IMG/VR virus record: IMGVR_UViG_3300021137_000001
Location: 124,001-188,000 of that record
Reading direction: 5' to 3' (one strand)
Length of the DNA stretch: 64,000 nucleotides
A program made the position numbers and the translations under genes. Every line of letters begins with the position of its first letter. Positions within the stretch are counted from its first letter, which is position 1. Below, in pieces: positions 38,076 to 47,540 of this stretch. The notes beneath the pieces were generated by a model. That model did no database searches and was not told the DNA's origin. It was given only the letters and a program-made list of their open reading frames with translations.

Positions 38076-38833
38076 TGGCAACTAAAAAAGAGAAAGATGT
38101 ATTAATGCAAACATTAAAGTTTACTCCGCGAACGTACACTATATCGCTTGGTGGGTTTGGTGGGGAAATTGTAGCTGGACGTGTTGACCGTAAGATTTAC
38201 GATTACTTCCAAGAGAACGATATCGACATCGAAGAATACGCAGGTGACTGGGATAATGAACTAGCAGTGCCAGAAGATATGATGCCGTTCGAACCAGGTA
38301 GCTGGCATGACTGCGATAACGCCGCACACGAATCTGGAGTTGAGCTGGAGGCAGGATGTGAGGTAACTGTCAATGATGAGAATGGTAATGAAGTATGGGT
38401 ACACAATCTTGATATTGATGAATTAATTAAAGACGGATGTAATGTTGCTGATGCATGGAGTTTTAATTCAGAATCTGAAGATGTTGGTACTTGCATTTAC
38501 GTTGGACAAAGTACAGAGAAAGGTACATTCTTTGATGGCGAGATTAAACTTACTGCACCATTCGACCCAACGAAACTAACGTTTGAATACAATGTTATCG
38601 AAGGCTGGCAACTGTGCGGTGGATTAACATATGATGGTGATGACATCGATAATGACTCAGGTGGCGACACGTGGGGTAAAGGTATGTATCATACATTGAC
38701 TTGTATTGGTGAAGATGAAGACGACGAAACTATTGATGGATTCGACAAACAACTTAGTAAGTTACACAAACAAATGGACAAGTTAAGTGAAGATGAAGAC
38801 GACGAATCTAACGCAACGGAACAGGGAGGTTAG
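38075..38833 (+). CDS. Highly acidic hypothetical protein
   Basis: TAATG coupling; EKGTFFDG motif. Confidence 0.8.
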   Translation: MATKKEKDVLMQTLKFTPRTYTISLGGFGGEIVAGRVDRKIYDYFQENDIDIEEYAGDWDNELAVPEDMMPFEPGSWHDCDNAAHESGVELEAGCEVTVNDENGNEVWVHNLDIDELIKDGCNVADAWSFNSESEDVGTCIYVGQSTEKGTFFDGEIKLTAPFDPTKLTFEYNVIEGWQLCGGLTYDGDDIDNDSGGDTWGKGMYHTLTCIGEDEDDETIDGFDKQLSKLHKQMDKLSEDEDDESNATEQGG

Positions 38834-38835
38834 TA

Positions 38836-38996
38836 TGATTAGTTACGTAATATTAGCACTAGCAGTAATGGTAGCGATTGGTTGGGGTTTGGTTTATATG
38901 GTGGTTGGACCGAATGGTTGTAGCGACACTGGCTGTACGGGCAATTGTAATCAAGGTCGCAACTGTGATTGCAAGGACGAAACTAGTGGCGACTAA
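38836..38996 (+). CDS. Small TM protein with Cys-rich tail
   Basis: GGAGG RBS; GCTGNCNQGRNCDC. Confidence 0.65.
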
Positions 38997-39468
38997 TAAT
39001 GTTACGCTTAACGGCGCTGGATCTAGTGGGCAGGTATTAGTTGGTGGCGCTGGTGCAAGTGGTACTAATACGTTTGGCTCTGGTGCAATACCATCAAATA
39101 TTACTGTATCCGGCATTGGCGCAAGTGGTACTAATACGTTTGGCTCTGGTGCAATACCATCAAATATTACTGTATCCGGCATTGGCGCAGGTGGCGGCGG
39201 TTTAAGTATGGCAAATACAGCATGGGTAAATTCGACTGCGGCAAAAGTATCAATGTCTGGGCAACTAACGTTAGAAGGGTTTGAACCAGACATTGTGATT
39301 GGTGGGAAAAGTATGGTTACGTGGATGCAGAAAGTAGAGCAACGTCTTAGCATACTCGAACCTAAAGCAGAGCTACTTGCTAAGTATGAAGCATTACAGC
39401 AAGCATATGAGCACTACAAGACGTTAGAAAATTTATTATATGGCACAGAGAACGATGTACAAGATTGA
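38878..39468 (+). CDS. Gly-rich hypothetical protein (start probably GTG 38986)
   Basis: Gly/Ser repeats plus a helical C-terminus (KYEALQQAYEHYKTLE). Confidence 0.65.
   Translation: MVGVWFIWWLDRMVVATLAVRAIVIKVATVIARTKLVATNNVTLNGAGSSGQVLVGGAGASGTNTFGSGAIPSNITVSGIGASGTNTFGSGAIPSNITVSGIGAGGGGLSMANTAWVNSTAAKVSMSGQLTLEGFEPDIVIGGKSMVTWMQKVEQRLSILEPKAELLAKYEALQQAYEHYKTLENLLYGTENDVQD
39055..39186 (+). repeat. Perfect 2 x 66-bp in-frame tandem repeat
   Basis: 39055-39120 is identical to 39121-39186. Confidence 0.95.
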
Positions 39469-39638
39469 TATCTACAGTGATGTTGCCCGTACCGCAAAAT
39501 GTATTGACTGGTGTCATGCGAACTTAAATAACAATGAGTGGGATTTACAATTGTTATCAATGAGCCCACTGCATTACAAGTTTGAATTTAATGACCCGCA
39601 GATACATTTAATGGCAGTATTAGCACACTAGGAGTTGT

Positions 39639-39971
39639 ATGGAAACACAAATACCAGCAGAAGGAATTATGTTACATAAGAGTTGGGGTGATATGAAAAT
39701 GTATACTGTCTCCTGCGAATGTGGTTGCGATGACGGACAACAGGAAGTTAGCATCGAAGCAGATGACTGCGGTATTGCTGTACACATTTATACTACACAA
39801 AAGACTAATTGGTGGACTATGAATCGTTGGCAACATATCTGGACATTGCTAACTAAGGGTTATATTAAAACTCAATCGACTACACTGTTAACAAAACAGC
39901 AAGCATTTAATTATGCAGAAACATTAAAGTCAGCAATTAAAGACGTTGAAGAATTTAGGAAAATAAAATGA
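39639..39971 (+). CDS. Hypothetical protein
   Basis: AGGAG RBS; CECG motif. Confidence 0.75.
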   Translation: METQIPAEGIMLHKSWGDMKMYTVSCECGCDDGQQEVSIEADDCGIAVHIYTTQKTNWWTMNRWQHIWTLLTKGYIKTQSTTLLTKQQAFNYAETLKSAIKDVEEFRKIK

Positions 39972-40088
39972 ACTGGGAAGAAGCATACTTTGAAACACTA
40001 GCTAAACTGCAACAAGAAATCGTAAAAAACATAAAACTTAAAGATGAAATTGCTCGTCTACGATGGGAAGCAAATATTCAAGATTAGA

Positions 40089-40117
40089 TTGACATCTACT
40101 TCATTTGAATGTATAAT
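40089..40117 (+). promoter_or_regulatory. Sigma70-type promoter
   Basis: TTGACA-N17-TATAAT. Confidence 0.85.
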
Positions 40118-40305
40118 ATTTGTATTGAACTGGAGCAATATATGACTGATGACTTAAACGAATTGAATACTAAATTACCAAAAAAAGAGCCCACAATTGA
40201 AGAGAAAATTGAGTATATGCGAGAGGCATTGGCTGCGGCAGAGCGGGCACATGCCACTATGCTAAAAGCACACGCTCGGATCGAAAAGGAACGCAATGCT
40301 AATAA

Positions 40306-40542
40306 ATGAGATCTATAATGAACGAGATACTTAAAGCACTTGCTAAAGAACATTTTTGTTCAACTGAATTTAATGACGGAACTGTACATGAGTGTTACGA
40401 GTTTAGCGAAGTTGAATTAGTAAAGTTTGCTGAGTTGATTGTGACTGAATGTGGCGTAGCGTTGAGTCCTATGTTGCGTGATATGGTCAGTAGAGGCCAG
40501 GCTTTTGATTTGATTAAGAAACATTTCGGAGTTGAAGAATGA
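40306..40542 (+). CDS. Hypothetical protein (KFAELIV.EC family)
   Basis: Paralog-like to 40539-40724. Confidence 0.7.
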   Translation: MRSIMNEILKALAKEHFCSTEFNDGTVHECYEFSEVELVKFAELIVTECGVALSPMLRDMVSRGQAFDLIKKHFGVEE

Positions 40543-40724
40543 ACGAGAAGATTAAAGCATTAGCCGACGAATGTGGGTTAACTATTGATAGTAATAGCCC
40601 AGAAGCAACTTGGAAAGAAATTGAATTTTTTGCTGAGCAAATAGTACAAGATTGCGTAAATACACTGTATAACAATGGGTATGATGACGCCGCAATTCAA
40701 TTAACGGAGCATTTCAAGCAATGA
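40539..40724 (+). CDS. Hypothetical protein (FAEQIV.DC family)
   Basis: ATGA overlap; MNEKIKALA start. Confidence 0.7.
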   Translation: MNEKIKALADECGLTIDSNSPEATWKEIEFFAEQIVQDCVNTLYNNGYDDAAIQLTEHFKQ

Positions 40725-40857
40725 TGAAACATGATTTACTGTTGGCAGTACAGGAATTATTAGAAAGACATTGGGACGTATTTGAAGTAGCAACTAAACT
40801 TAAAGTTGATCCCGCAATCATAATGGCAATAATCGAAACACTGAAAGGTACTATGTA

Positions 40858-41715
40858 ATGAGATCACACTATTGGACAATTGGAAAGTTTGCGGACTGGC
40901 TTCGTGGTACTAAATGTATCCCAAGTGGTACAGGTGAAGAATGGAATACGTGGACCAGGTTAGCAAAAACTACACATCCATTTCGCTACTGGCTAGTCGA
41001 AACAGCATTGCACAAAGCACAGGATGTTTTTTGCTATGTGCCAGACAAGATTAATGATGTACGCTACTATCTAAACAACCGCTATACAACTAAGACACAT
41101 GCGCTTACAAGCACACTTAAACGTGGGCAATGGCATGAGTTTAGTACACGTTTACTACATTGCTCATTTGATAGCTTTGTAGACTTTATTGAAATTGAAA
41201 CAGCATGGAGTCATCTATGTTGGGCAAATAAAGAAGAACGTGCAAAATACAATCTGCCATGGTGGAGAGAACAATGGTACACTCGCTGGTTTATGGAGTG
41301 GCGCTGTGCCGAAGCCGCTATTGCACACCTACAGTGGGAAATGACTCTTCAATATGACGATGCTTATATTCCTGTGGACCATCCAGACTTTGGACAACCA
41401 ACTCATCAAGCAATTGCCGCTAAAGAGAAATGGGCATTGTACTACTGGTGGAAACATGTTCGCCCACGTCGTGTAGATGAAAGTGAAGCAAGTGGTTGGA
41501 GTGCGCTATGTGAACGGCGTCGACTAAAACAAGTGGCAGAGAATGGTGGCGATGATGATTTTTGGTCATTGATGTCAGACGATAAAACTGACGAAGACAA
41601 GGCAGAAACACGTCGCGTTCTTGATGCTAGTACTGCACTTGAAAAGCAATACTCAGATGAAGATACAGAAATGCTTACACGTTTAATTAAGATAAGAGAA
41701 AATTTATGGACTTAG
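40858..41715 (+). CDS. Trp-rich hypothetical phage protein
   Basis: Long ORF ending LIKIRENLWT. Confidence 0.8.
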   Translation: MRSHYWTIGKFADWLRGTKCIPSGTGEEWNTWTRLAKTTHPFRYWLVETALHKAQDVFCYVPDKINDVRYYLNNRYTTKTHALTSTLKRGQWHEFSTRLLHCSFDSFVDFIEIETAWSHLCWANKEERAKYNLPWWREQWYTRWFMEWRCAEAAIAHLQWEMTLQYDDAYIPVDHPDFGQPTHQAIAAKEKWALYYWWKHVRPRRVDESEASGWSALCERRRLKQVAENGGDDDFWSLMSDDKTDEDKAETRRVLDASTALEKQYSDEDTEMLTRLIKIRENLWT

Positions 41716-42014
41716 CTATGTCAATACTACACGGAATGTGGACAGCATATCTCGTGTTTTGTTTTATATTCACAACATTCTTTATGGTTAAGTTCTTCAC
41801 TGGTATTAAGCCAGCACTAGATGAAGCACGTCGAGATAAAGTAATTAATGATGTACTTAAATCAGTTAAGCTAGTTAGCGTTGAAGTTGTTGCTGACCGC
41901 GTCATGATGTATGATGCTATAAATCATGCATTTATCTGCCAGGCCGCAACAGAAGAAGAACTGTGGGCACTTGCTAAAGACCTATTCCCAAGCAAAGAAT
42001 TGCTACTTAAATAA
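41706..42014 (+). CDS. Membrane-anchored hypothetical protein
   Basis: N-terminal TM; FICQA motif. Confidence 0.7.
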   Translation: MDLAMSILHGMWTAYLVFCFIFTTFFMVKFFTGIKPALDEARRDKVINDVLKSVKLVSVEVVADRVMMYDAINHAFICQAATEEELWALAKDLFPSKELLLK

Positions 42015-42017
42015 CGG

Positions 42018-42046
42018 TTGACAACTACTCTGAATGATTGTATAAT
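42018..42046 (+). promoter_or_regulatory. Sigma70-type promoter, followed by late-type CATAAATA at 42052-42059
   Basis: TTGACA-N17-TATAAT. Confidence 0.85.
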
Positions 42047-42077
42047 GTACACATAAATAGTTAATAAGGAGTTAGTT

Positions 42078-42272
42078 ATGAAGTTAAACGAAATTAAAAA
42101 AACAAATGATGAAGCATTGATGGAGTCAATTGTTGCTGAAAATGATACAGGTTACAGCAATAATGATTTGTTTAACATTGTAAAAACTGCACAACTTCCA
42201 GATTCTGCGTGGACTACTTATACAGCAGATGAAATGATTGCACGTACTAAGCAACTTTGTGGAATTGTTTAA
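42078..42272 (+). CDS. Putative antitoxin (small acidic protein)
   Basis: Lies directly upstream of, and TAATG-coupled to, the RelE/YafQ-like gene. Confidence 0.55.
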   Translation: MKLNEIKKTNDEALMESIVAENDTGYSNNDLFNIVKTAQLPDSAWTTYTADEMIARTKQLCGIV

Positions 42273-42634
42273 TGGAGCAGGTGCAATTTAGAGAATGTTC
42301 TCTTCATGTAGAATCATTGATTAAACACAGACAAGTAGTTCAAAAACTATTAGATTTTTTTGAATTTAAAAGAAACAATCCCCTTGCACCATTCGGTGCG
42401 TCAGATAGAAAATTTGCGTCAAGTGGTTTATATAATACAACTATTCCAAATTTACGACATGCGCATCTTTCGACTGATATTAGTATAGTTTATAAAGTAC
42501 ACAGCAAAAATCCAATGCTAATTGATCTATATGGTTTATTTTCGCATGAAGAACTCGGTACTGGAAATCCATCTAAAGCAAACACACAAAAAGCAATGGC
42601 TAAACGCTTCTCACAGCAATCATTTAACCAATAA
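42272..42634 (+). CDS. RelE/YafQ-superfamily mRNA interferase-like toxin
   Basis: LRHAHL..DISIVYK...LYGLFSHEEL resembles the YafQ pattern ECHI.PD.LLIY....L...GSHSEL. Confidence 0.7.
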   Translation: MEQVQFRECSLHVESLIKHRQVVQKLLDFFEFKRNNPLAPFGASDRKFASSGLYNTTIPNLRHAHLSTDISIVYKVHSKNPMLIDLYGLFSHEELGTGNPSKANTQKAMAKRFSQQSFNQ

Positions 42635-42642
42635 AATATCTC

Positions 42643-42671
42643 TTGACAAACGACTAATTTTACTGTATAAT
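42643..42671 (+). promoter_or_regulatory. Sigma70-type promoter
   Basis: TTGACA-N17-TATAAT; close relative of the 43867 promoter. Confidence 0.88.
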
Positions 42672-42703
42672 ACTTGTATTGACAATTAAGAAAGGTACTG
42701 AGT

Positions 42704-43331
42704 ATGGGCGTTCCGGTTTATATGGATATAGAAGATGCGTATAGAGTTGTTACTGGTTACGGTAACATACAAGGTATACATGGCTTATTTGCAATACTTC
42801 AAGATATGGAAGGTTGTTGGGACGACTTGGATAGACACGAGCGCACTGCGTACAACATGATTAAGCGAGACTTAATTGCAACTACAGGTACTGGCTTATG
42901 ATAGTTGGCTTCGAGCATGTCGGTGAGGAACATAAGTGTAACATTTGTTCATGCGACTTTACAGAAGATGAAGGAGGCACACTTGGTTACTTTGGTATGT
43001 TACCTGTAGCGTTTTGTCCATTCTGCTTTAGCTCAATGTGTGATATGGTTGGGCAATTTACTTGTGATGACGAGTTAGTGGAAGAATGACGTTAACTAAA
43101 GAACAACAACAGGTATGGGATAGATTAGCAATCCCAGATCCAAATAATTTTTTCCAACAGCATAGACTTAAGAATGGCAAGATGTGGTTGACTAAAGAGT
43201 GTGTCGGAGTTGCTATAGTTGATATGTCTACATCGCATATTCAAAACTGTATTTGGTTGTTAGAGAAAAATAATCAAACAAACACAAAAGCATATCGTGG
43301 GCTAACAGCAGAATTAGAAAAGAGAAGTTAA
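42704..43331 (+). other. Three small coupled hypothetical CDSs (42704-42901, 42898-43089 with a Zn-finger, 43086-43331)
   Basis: ATGA overlaps; CxxC...CxxC in the middle ORF. Confidence 0.7.
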
Positions 43332-43726
43332 TGTCAATGCACATGGAAAAAGCGTATCTTACTACAACAGGTAAGAAGAAAGGTAAGGCAAAGTTTCGCA
43401 CTGTTATACACGCACAAAGGGCACGTATGGAAGAAGAATCTTGGAAAGAGTTACAGAAGCGTTGGGGCATTGAAGCCGATGAAAAGAAGAAGCAACGTGG
43501 ATTAAAAGCGCCAGTTGCACAACCTAAGCCTGCACCATATAGACGTGACACTGGTCCGCGAATTGCTTCGTTAGAAACAACAGGCAATGGGCAATGTGTT
43601 CGACCACCAGATAAAGTGTACACAGGTACAGCAATGATTGGCATTGGACAGTTGCATAAGAGTAACGCTATTCCTGTGTTTAGTAAAGAAGATGCTGTTG
43701 ATATTAGTAAGATGCGGAGAGGATAA
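43331..43726 (+). CDS. Basic hypothetical protein of T4-like phages
   Basis: YTGT.MIGIG..HKSNA.PVFS. Confidence 0.75.
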   Translation: MSMHMEKAYLTTTGKKKGKAKFRTVIHAQRARMEEESWKELQKRWGIEADEKKKQRGLKAPVAQPKPAPYRRDTGPRIASLETTGNGQCVRPPDKVYTGTAMIGIGQLHKSNAIPVFSKEDAVDISKMRRG

Positions 43727-43866
43727 TGGGCTACGTAATACTTCCTAGTCAGAGAAATGCAACAAGAATCGGTGACACTGATTATTACCGAGTGGAGCAA
43801 TACATTAATGAATTGTTTTATACAGTTAAAATATTCACTTGGCATCAGTTAACTTGTGAATATCGA

Positions 43867-43895
43867 TTGACAAAAGACTAATTTCACTGTATAAT
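43867..43895 (+). promoter_or_regulatory. Sigma70-type promoter
   Basis: TTGACA-N17-TATAAT. Confidence 0.88.
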
Positions 43896-43928
43896 ACTTG
43901 TATTAACAATTACTTTAGAGAATCAAAA

Positions 43929-44219
43929 ATGATATTAACTGACGAACAACTACGCGATACCGACGAATTTCGTAATATATATGCCCACATTACAGAAACT
44001 AACTGGACTGGTTATGATGATGTTTGCCGTCGAGCATTACAGCAAGCTAGAGATAATCTTCTATTACGTGATACTAATGAATTTCGTAATGTTTATGCCC
44101 GCATTACAGAAACTAATTGGACTGGTTATGATGATGTTTGTCGCCGCTCATTAAATGAAGTTAGGGCAGGTTTATCTGAACTTGATATGATTATATTAGA
44201 ACAAAAGGCCAACAAATGA
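43929..44219 (+). CDS. Hypothetical protein built from two 38-aa repeats
   Basis: LRDT(D/N)EFRN(I/V)YA.ITETNWTGYDDVCRR occurs twice. Confidence 0.75.
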   Translation: MILTDEQLRDTDEFRNIYAHITETNWTGYDDVCRRALQQARDNLLLRDTNEFRNVYARITETNWTGYDDVCRRSLNEVRAGLSELDMIILEQKANK

Positions 44220-44350
44220 TAGAATATGTACTATGTTATGCGTGGAGTTTTACAATGGGTGCCGCAGTTGGCGGAGCAATCGTTTGGTATTTAATATCTA
44301 CCTCAATAGCTAAAAATTAGTTAAATAGTATTACATTAAGGAAATAACGG

Positions 44351-44566
44351 TTGGCAAAAGAAGAAGTATTAAAGTTTAGTGGAGTGGTTGAGGAAGTTCT
44401 CGGCAATTCACTATTTAGAGTTAAATTAGAAAACAATCACATGGTGACTGCGTATATCGGTGGACGATTGCGTAAGTTTACTATTAAGATCATTCAAGGC
44501 GATAAAGTCGATATTGAAATGAGCCCATACGATTTAAATAAAGCAAGGATAGTATACAGACGATGA
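44351..44566 (+). CDS. infA: Translation initiation factor IF-1
   Basis: MAKEE....GVVEE.L.N..FRVKLEN.H...AYI.G..R...I.I..GDKV..EMSPYDL..ARIVYR; TTG start. Confidence 0.96.
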   Translation: MAKEEVLKFSGVVEEVLGNSLFRVKLENNHMVTAYIGGRLRKFTIKIIQGDKVDIEMSPYDLNKARIVYRR

Positions 44567-44886
44567 TTACATTACAACCAACAGCTATTGCAAAACTTAA
44601 AGAACTATTTGCAGAAGAAGATAACCCAAACTTAAAACTACGTGTATTTGTACAAGGTGGCGGATGTTCGGGCTTTCAATATGGCTTTACATTCGACGAA
44701 GAAGTTAACGAAGATGACTTTGATTTAGAGTTTGATGGTGTACGTTTACTAGTAGACAGCATGAGTTCAAGTTACTTGCAAGGTGCTGAAATTGAATATT
44801 TAGAAAGTTTAAATGGCAGCTCATTCAGCATTAAAAATCCACAGGCGGTTACTCAATGTGGGTGCGGAAGTTCCTTTAGCGTCTAA
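44563..44886 (+). CDS. erpA: A-type Fe-S cluster carrier (ErpA/IscA/HesB)
   Basis: [17 protein letters not shown]...NP.A...CGCGSSF. Confidence 0.93.
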   Translation: MITLQPTAIAKLKELFAEEDNPNLKLRVFVQGGGCSGFQYGFTFDEEVNEDDFDLEFDGVRLLVDSMSSSYLQGAEIEYLESLNGSSFSIKNPQAVTQCGCGSSFSV

Positions 44887-44944
44887 ATATACCTACTTAA
44901 TTTAGCGTATGGATTGCTAAATATATGTAAGGAGATTACATATC

Positions 44945-45496
44945 ATGTATCTATACGATAGTGTTAAGGAAAATACACACGAAGCTACTCGATGGGGTAA
45001 GCTAGTAACAATCAAAAGCAAACAAACTCTACATCATTTTAAATGTAACCATTGCAATGTTGAATTCACTAAAGCAAAAAATGGCAAACGAGGGCAATCT
45101 GATGTACATTTTTGTACTACTTGTTTTACTCCTGAACTTGCACAAAAAGAAACAATCAAATGTCGAGATAAAAAAGCTGAGATTAGAGGAGAGAAGTTTG
45201 ATAGAGGGTATAAAGAAATATTCGTAGGCAAAGATTATCCATATCGATCCACTAAGTGGGTGAGAGAACATATTGTTAATATGGAAACTCATATAGGTAA
45301 TAAAATTCCAACCGGTATGGTAGTCCACCATATAGATGGTTCCAAAACAAACAATGAAATTGACAATTTATTATTGTGTTCGGTTAGTGATCACAATAAT
45401 TGCCATGCCAAAATAGAACGATTGGTATTTGAATTATATAAACAAGGCTTAGTTGGATTTGATTCTAACAATTTAGAATATTATTTTAAAGGTTAA
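44945..45496 (+). CDS. HNH homing endonuclease with N-terminal Zn finger
   Basis: CxxC...CxxC; VVHHIDG.K.NN...NL......H...H. Confidence 0.9.
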   Translation: MYLYDSVKENTHEATRWGKLVTIKSKQTLHHFKCNHCNVEFTKAKNGKRGQSDVHFCTTCFTPELAQKETIKCRDKKAEIRGEKFDRGYKEIFVGKDYPYRSTKWVREHIVNMETHIGNKIPTGMVVHHIDGSKTNNEIDNLLLCSVSDHNNCHAKIERLVFELYKQGLVGFDSNNLEYYFKG

Positions 45497-45512
45497 CTAA
45501 GTTTTAACTAAC

Positions 45513-45536
45513 AAGCCCGCACTTAGCGGGTTTTTT
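45513..45536 (+). terminator. Rho-independent terminator
   Basis: AAGCCCGC-ACTTA-GCGGGTTTTTT. Confidence 0.85.
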
Positions 45537-45606
45537 ATTGACTGTATGTTCAAAGCAATAATAGTTTTAACATAAATACTTAATAAAAGTATATTAGAGC
45601 GAAACT

Positions 45607-47532
45607 ATGACCATAACCACATCACAATTTATTGCAGTTAACGTAGGTGTCACAGCCAACGACGGTACAGGGGATGACTTACGCACAGCATTTACTAAAG
45701 TCAATGATAACTTTGCTAATATTAGCGATGTTGGGTATAGTGCGGCAAATATTAGCGTAACAGGTGATGTAGTGGCTGTAGGAAACATAACTGCTGCTAA
45801 TGTAACTGCTACTAATGTAATTGCAACTAACTTATACGGACTTATACAAACACCAACACAATCACAAATTACTTCACTTGGTACGTTAACTGGATTAACA
45901 TCAAGTGGTATTATACACGTAACAAATACAACACAATCAACAAATTTTAATAATGGTGCAGTAATAATCGACGGCGGCCTTGGCGTTGCTGGAGATATAC
46001 GTATCAATGGTAATTTATATGTTCAGAATGTAGCTTCGGTTAATACAACAACATTGGTATCAACAAGTCCATTGGTGTTCTTTGATACAATTCCTGCATA
46101 TCCATACAATTTTGATATCGGTTTTTATGGTAATTTTACCGGTGGCGTTGGCAATGTAAATCAATATACTGGTTTTGTGCGCAACGATGCCGACGGTAAA
46201 TGGAATTTATTTAGTAATGTGGCATTGCCAGCGGCCAATCAGGTATCATTTACTAATGCAAAATACGATACATTAGTATTAGGTAATATTGTACTTAATA
46301 CTCCAACTCCGACTGCAATTACAAATGGCGGAACAACTGCAACAGGTAATATTGGAGCAATTGGTGCAACATTTAACTACGGTTACTTTACAAACTTAAC
46401 TGGCACATTACAAACAACTGCACAAAATACTATTGCATCAGCAAGCGCATTAGCAACAGTCGGCACAATTACTACTGGTACTTGGTCGGGCTCATTTGGT
46501 ACAGTAAGTGGCGCTAACTTAACAAGTTTAACGGCAGCAAATTTAACAGGTACTATTCCAAGTACAGTAATGGGCAATAGTACTGTATATATCGGTACAA
46601 CAGCGGTTGCGTTAAATCGTACTAGTAACGTGCAAGCATTAACTGGTGTAAGTATTGATGGAGCAGCAGGGTCGGTTGCAGCAAGTGCTATTACAGGTAC
46701 AGCATTGCCAACAGCATTAGTAACGTCAAGTTTAACCTCAGTGGGCACATTAACTGGTTTAGCGTCAAGCGGAGTTATTAGAACAACGGGTATTGTATAT
46801 GCAAATGCCGCAGTAGCAAGTACATCATCTGTTACCGGCGGATTAGTAGTAGCTGGTGGGGTAGGAGTTAGTGGTAATATCAACACAGCTGGTATTATAA
46901 CAGCACCAACATTTATTGGTAACATCACAGGTAATGTAATTGGTAATGTGAGTGGGTCGGCATTAACAGTAACTCAAGCGGCACAATCAGCAATTACATC
47001 AGTGGGTACATTATCTGGATTAACTGTTACTGGTGCCATCACAGTTAATAGTAGTAATGCAGTTACCGCTATTATAAATGGTGGAACAACTGGTGTAGGT
47101 AATATCGGAAGTGCAACTGTTGGATTTAATACTATATTTGCTAAAGCAACTTCGGCGGTATACGCCGACTTGGCAGAAAACTATTTAAGTGACAGCAATT
47201 ACGAAGCGGGCACAGTGGTTGTGTTTGGCGGCGATAAAGAAATTACTACTACACAATTATTTGCTGATACTGCGGTTGCTGGTGTTATTTCAACTAACCC
47301 AGCATATTTAATGAACAACGAATTAGTAGGACAACCAGTAGCGTTACGTGGTCGTGTTCCTGTAAAAGTACAAGGATTTACTAGAAAAGGTGACTTATTG
47401 GTAACGGGTAATATTCCCGGAACAGCAATAAGCGTGGGACGTGATGTTAAATACGGTCAGGCTGTATTTGCTAAAGCACTCGAAAACAAAACTACTAAAG
47501 AAGTTGGCATTATCGAAGCAGTAATTATTTAA
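45607..47532 (+). CDS. Tail fibre/baseplate-attached fibre protein
   Basis: N-terminal NVG..ANDGTGDDLR.AF.KVN.NF (T4 gp9/gp10-like); YADLAENY C-terminal domain. Confidence 0.85.
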   Translation: MTITTSQFIAVNVGVTANDGTGDDLRTAFTKVNDNFANISDVGYSAANISVTGDVVAVGNITAANVTATNVIATNLYGLIQTPTQSQITSLGTLTGLTSSGIIHVTNTTQSTNFNNGAVIIDGGLGVAGDIRINGNLYVQNVASVNTTTLVSTSPLVFFDTIPAYPYNFDIGFYGNFTGGVGNVNQYTGFVRNDADGKWNLFSNVALPAANQVSFTNAKYDTLVLGNIVLNTPTPTAITNGGTTATGNIGAIGATFNYGYFTNLTGTLQTTAQNTIASASALATVGTITTGTWSGSFGTVSGANLTSLTAANLTGTIPSTVMGNSTVYIGTTAVALNRTSNVQALTGVSIDGAAGSVAASAITGTALPTALVTSSLTSVGTLTGLASSGVIRTTGIVYANAAVASTSSVTGGLVVAGGVGVSGNINTAGIITAPTFIGNITGNVIGNVSGSALTVTQAAQSAITSVGTLSGLTVTGAITVNSSNAVTAIINGGTTGVGNIGSATVGFNTIFAKATSAVYADLAENYLSDSNYEAGTVVVFGGDKEITTTQLFADTAVAGVISTNPAYLMNNELVGQPVALRGRVPVKVQGFTRKGDLLVTGNIPGTAISVGRDVKYGQAVFAKALENKTTKEVGIIEAVII

Positions 47533-47540
47533 GGTATATT

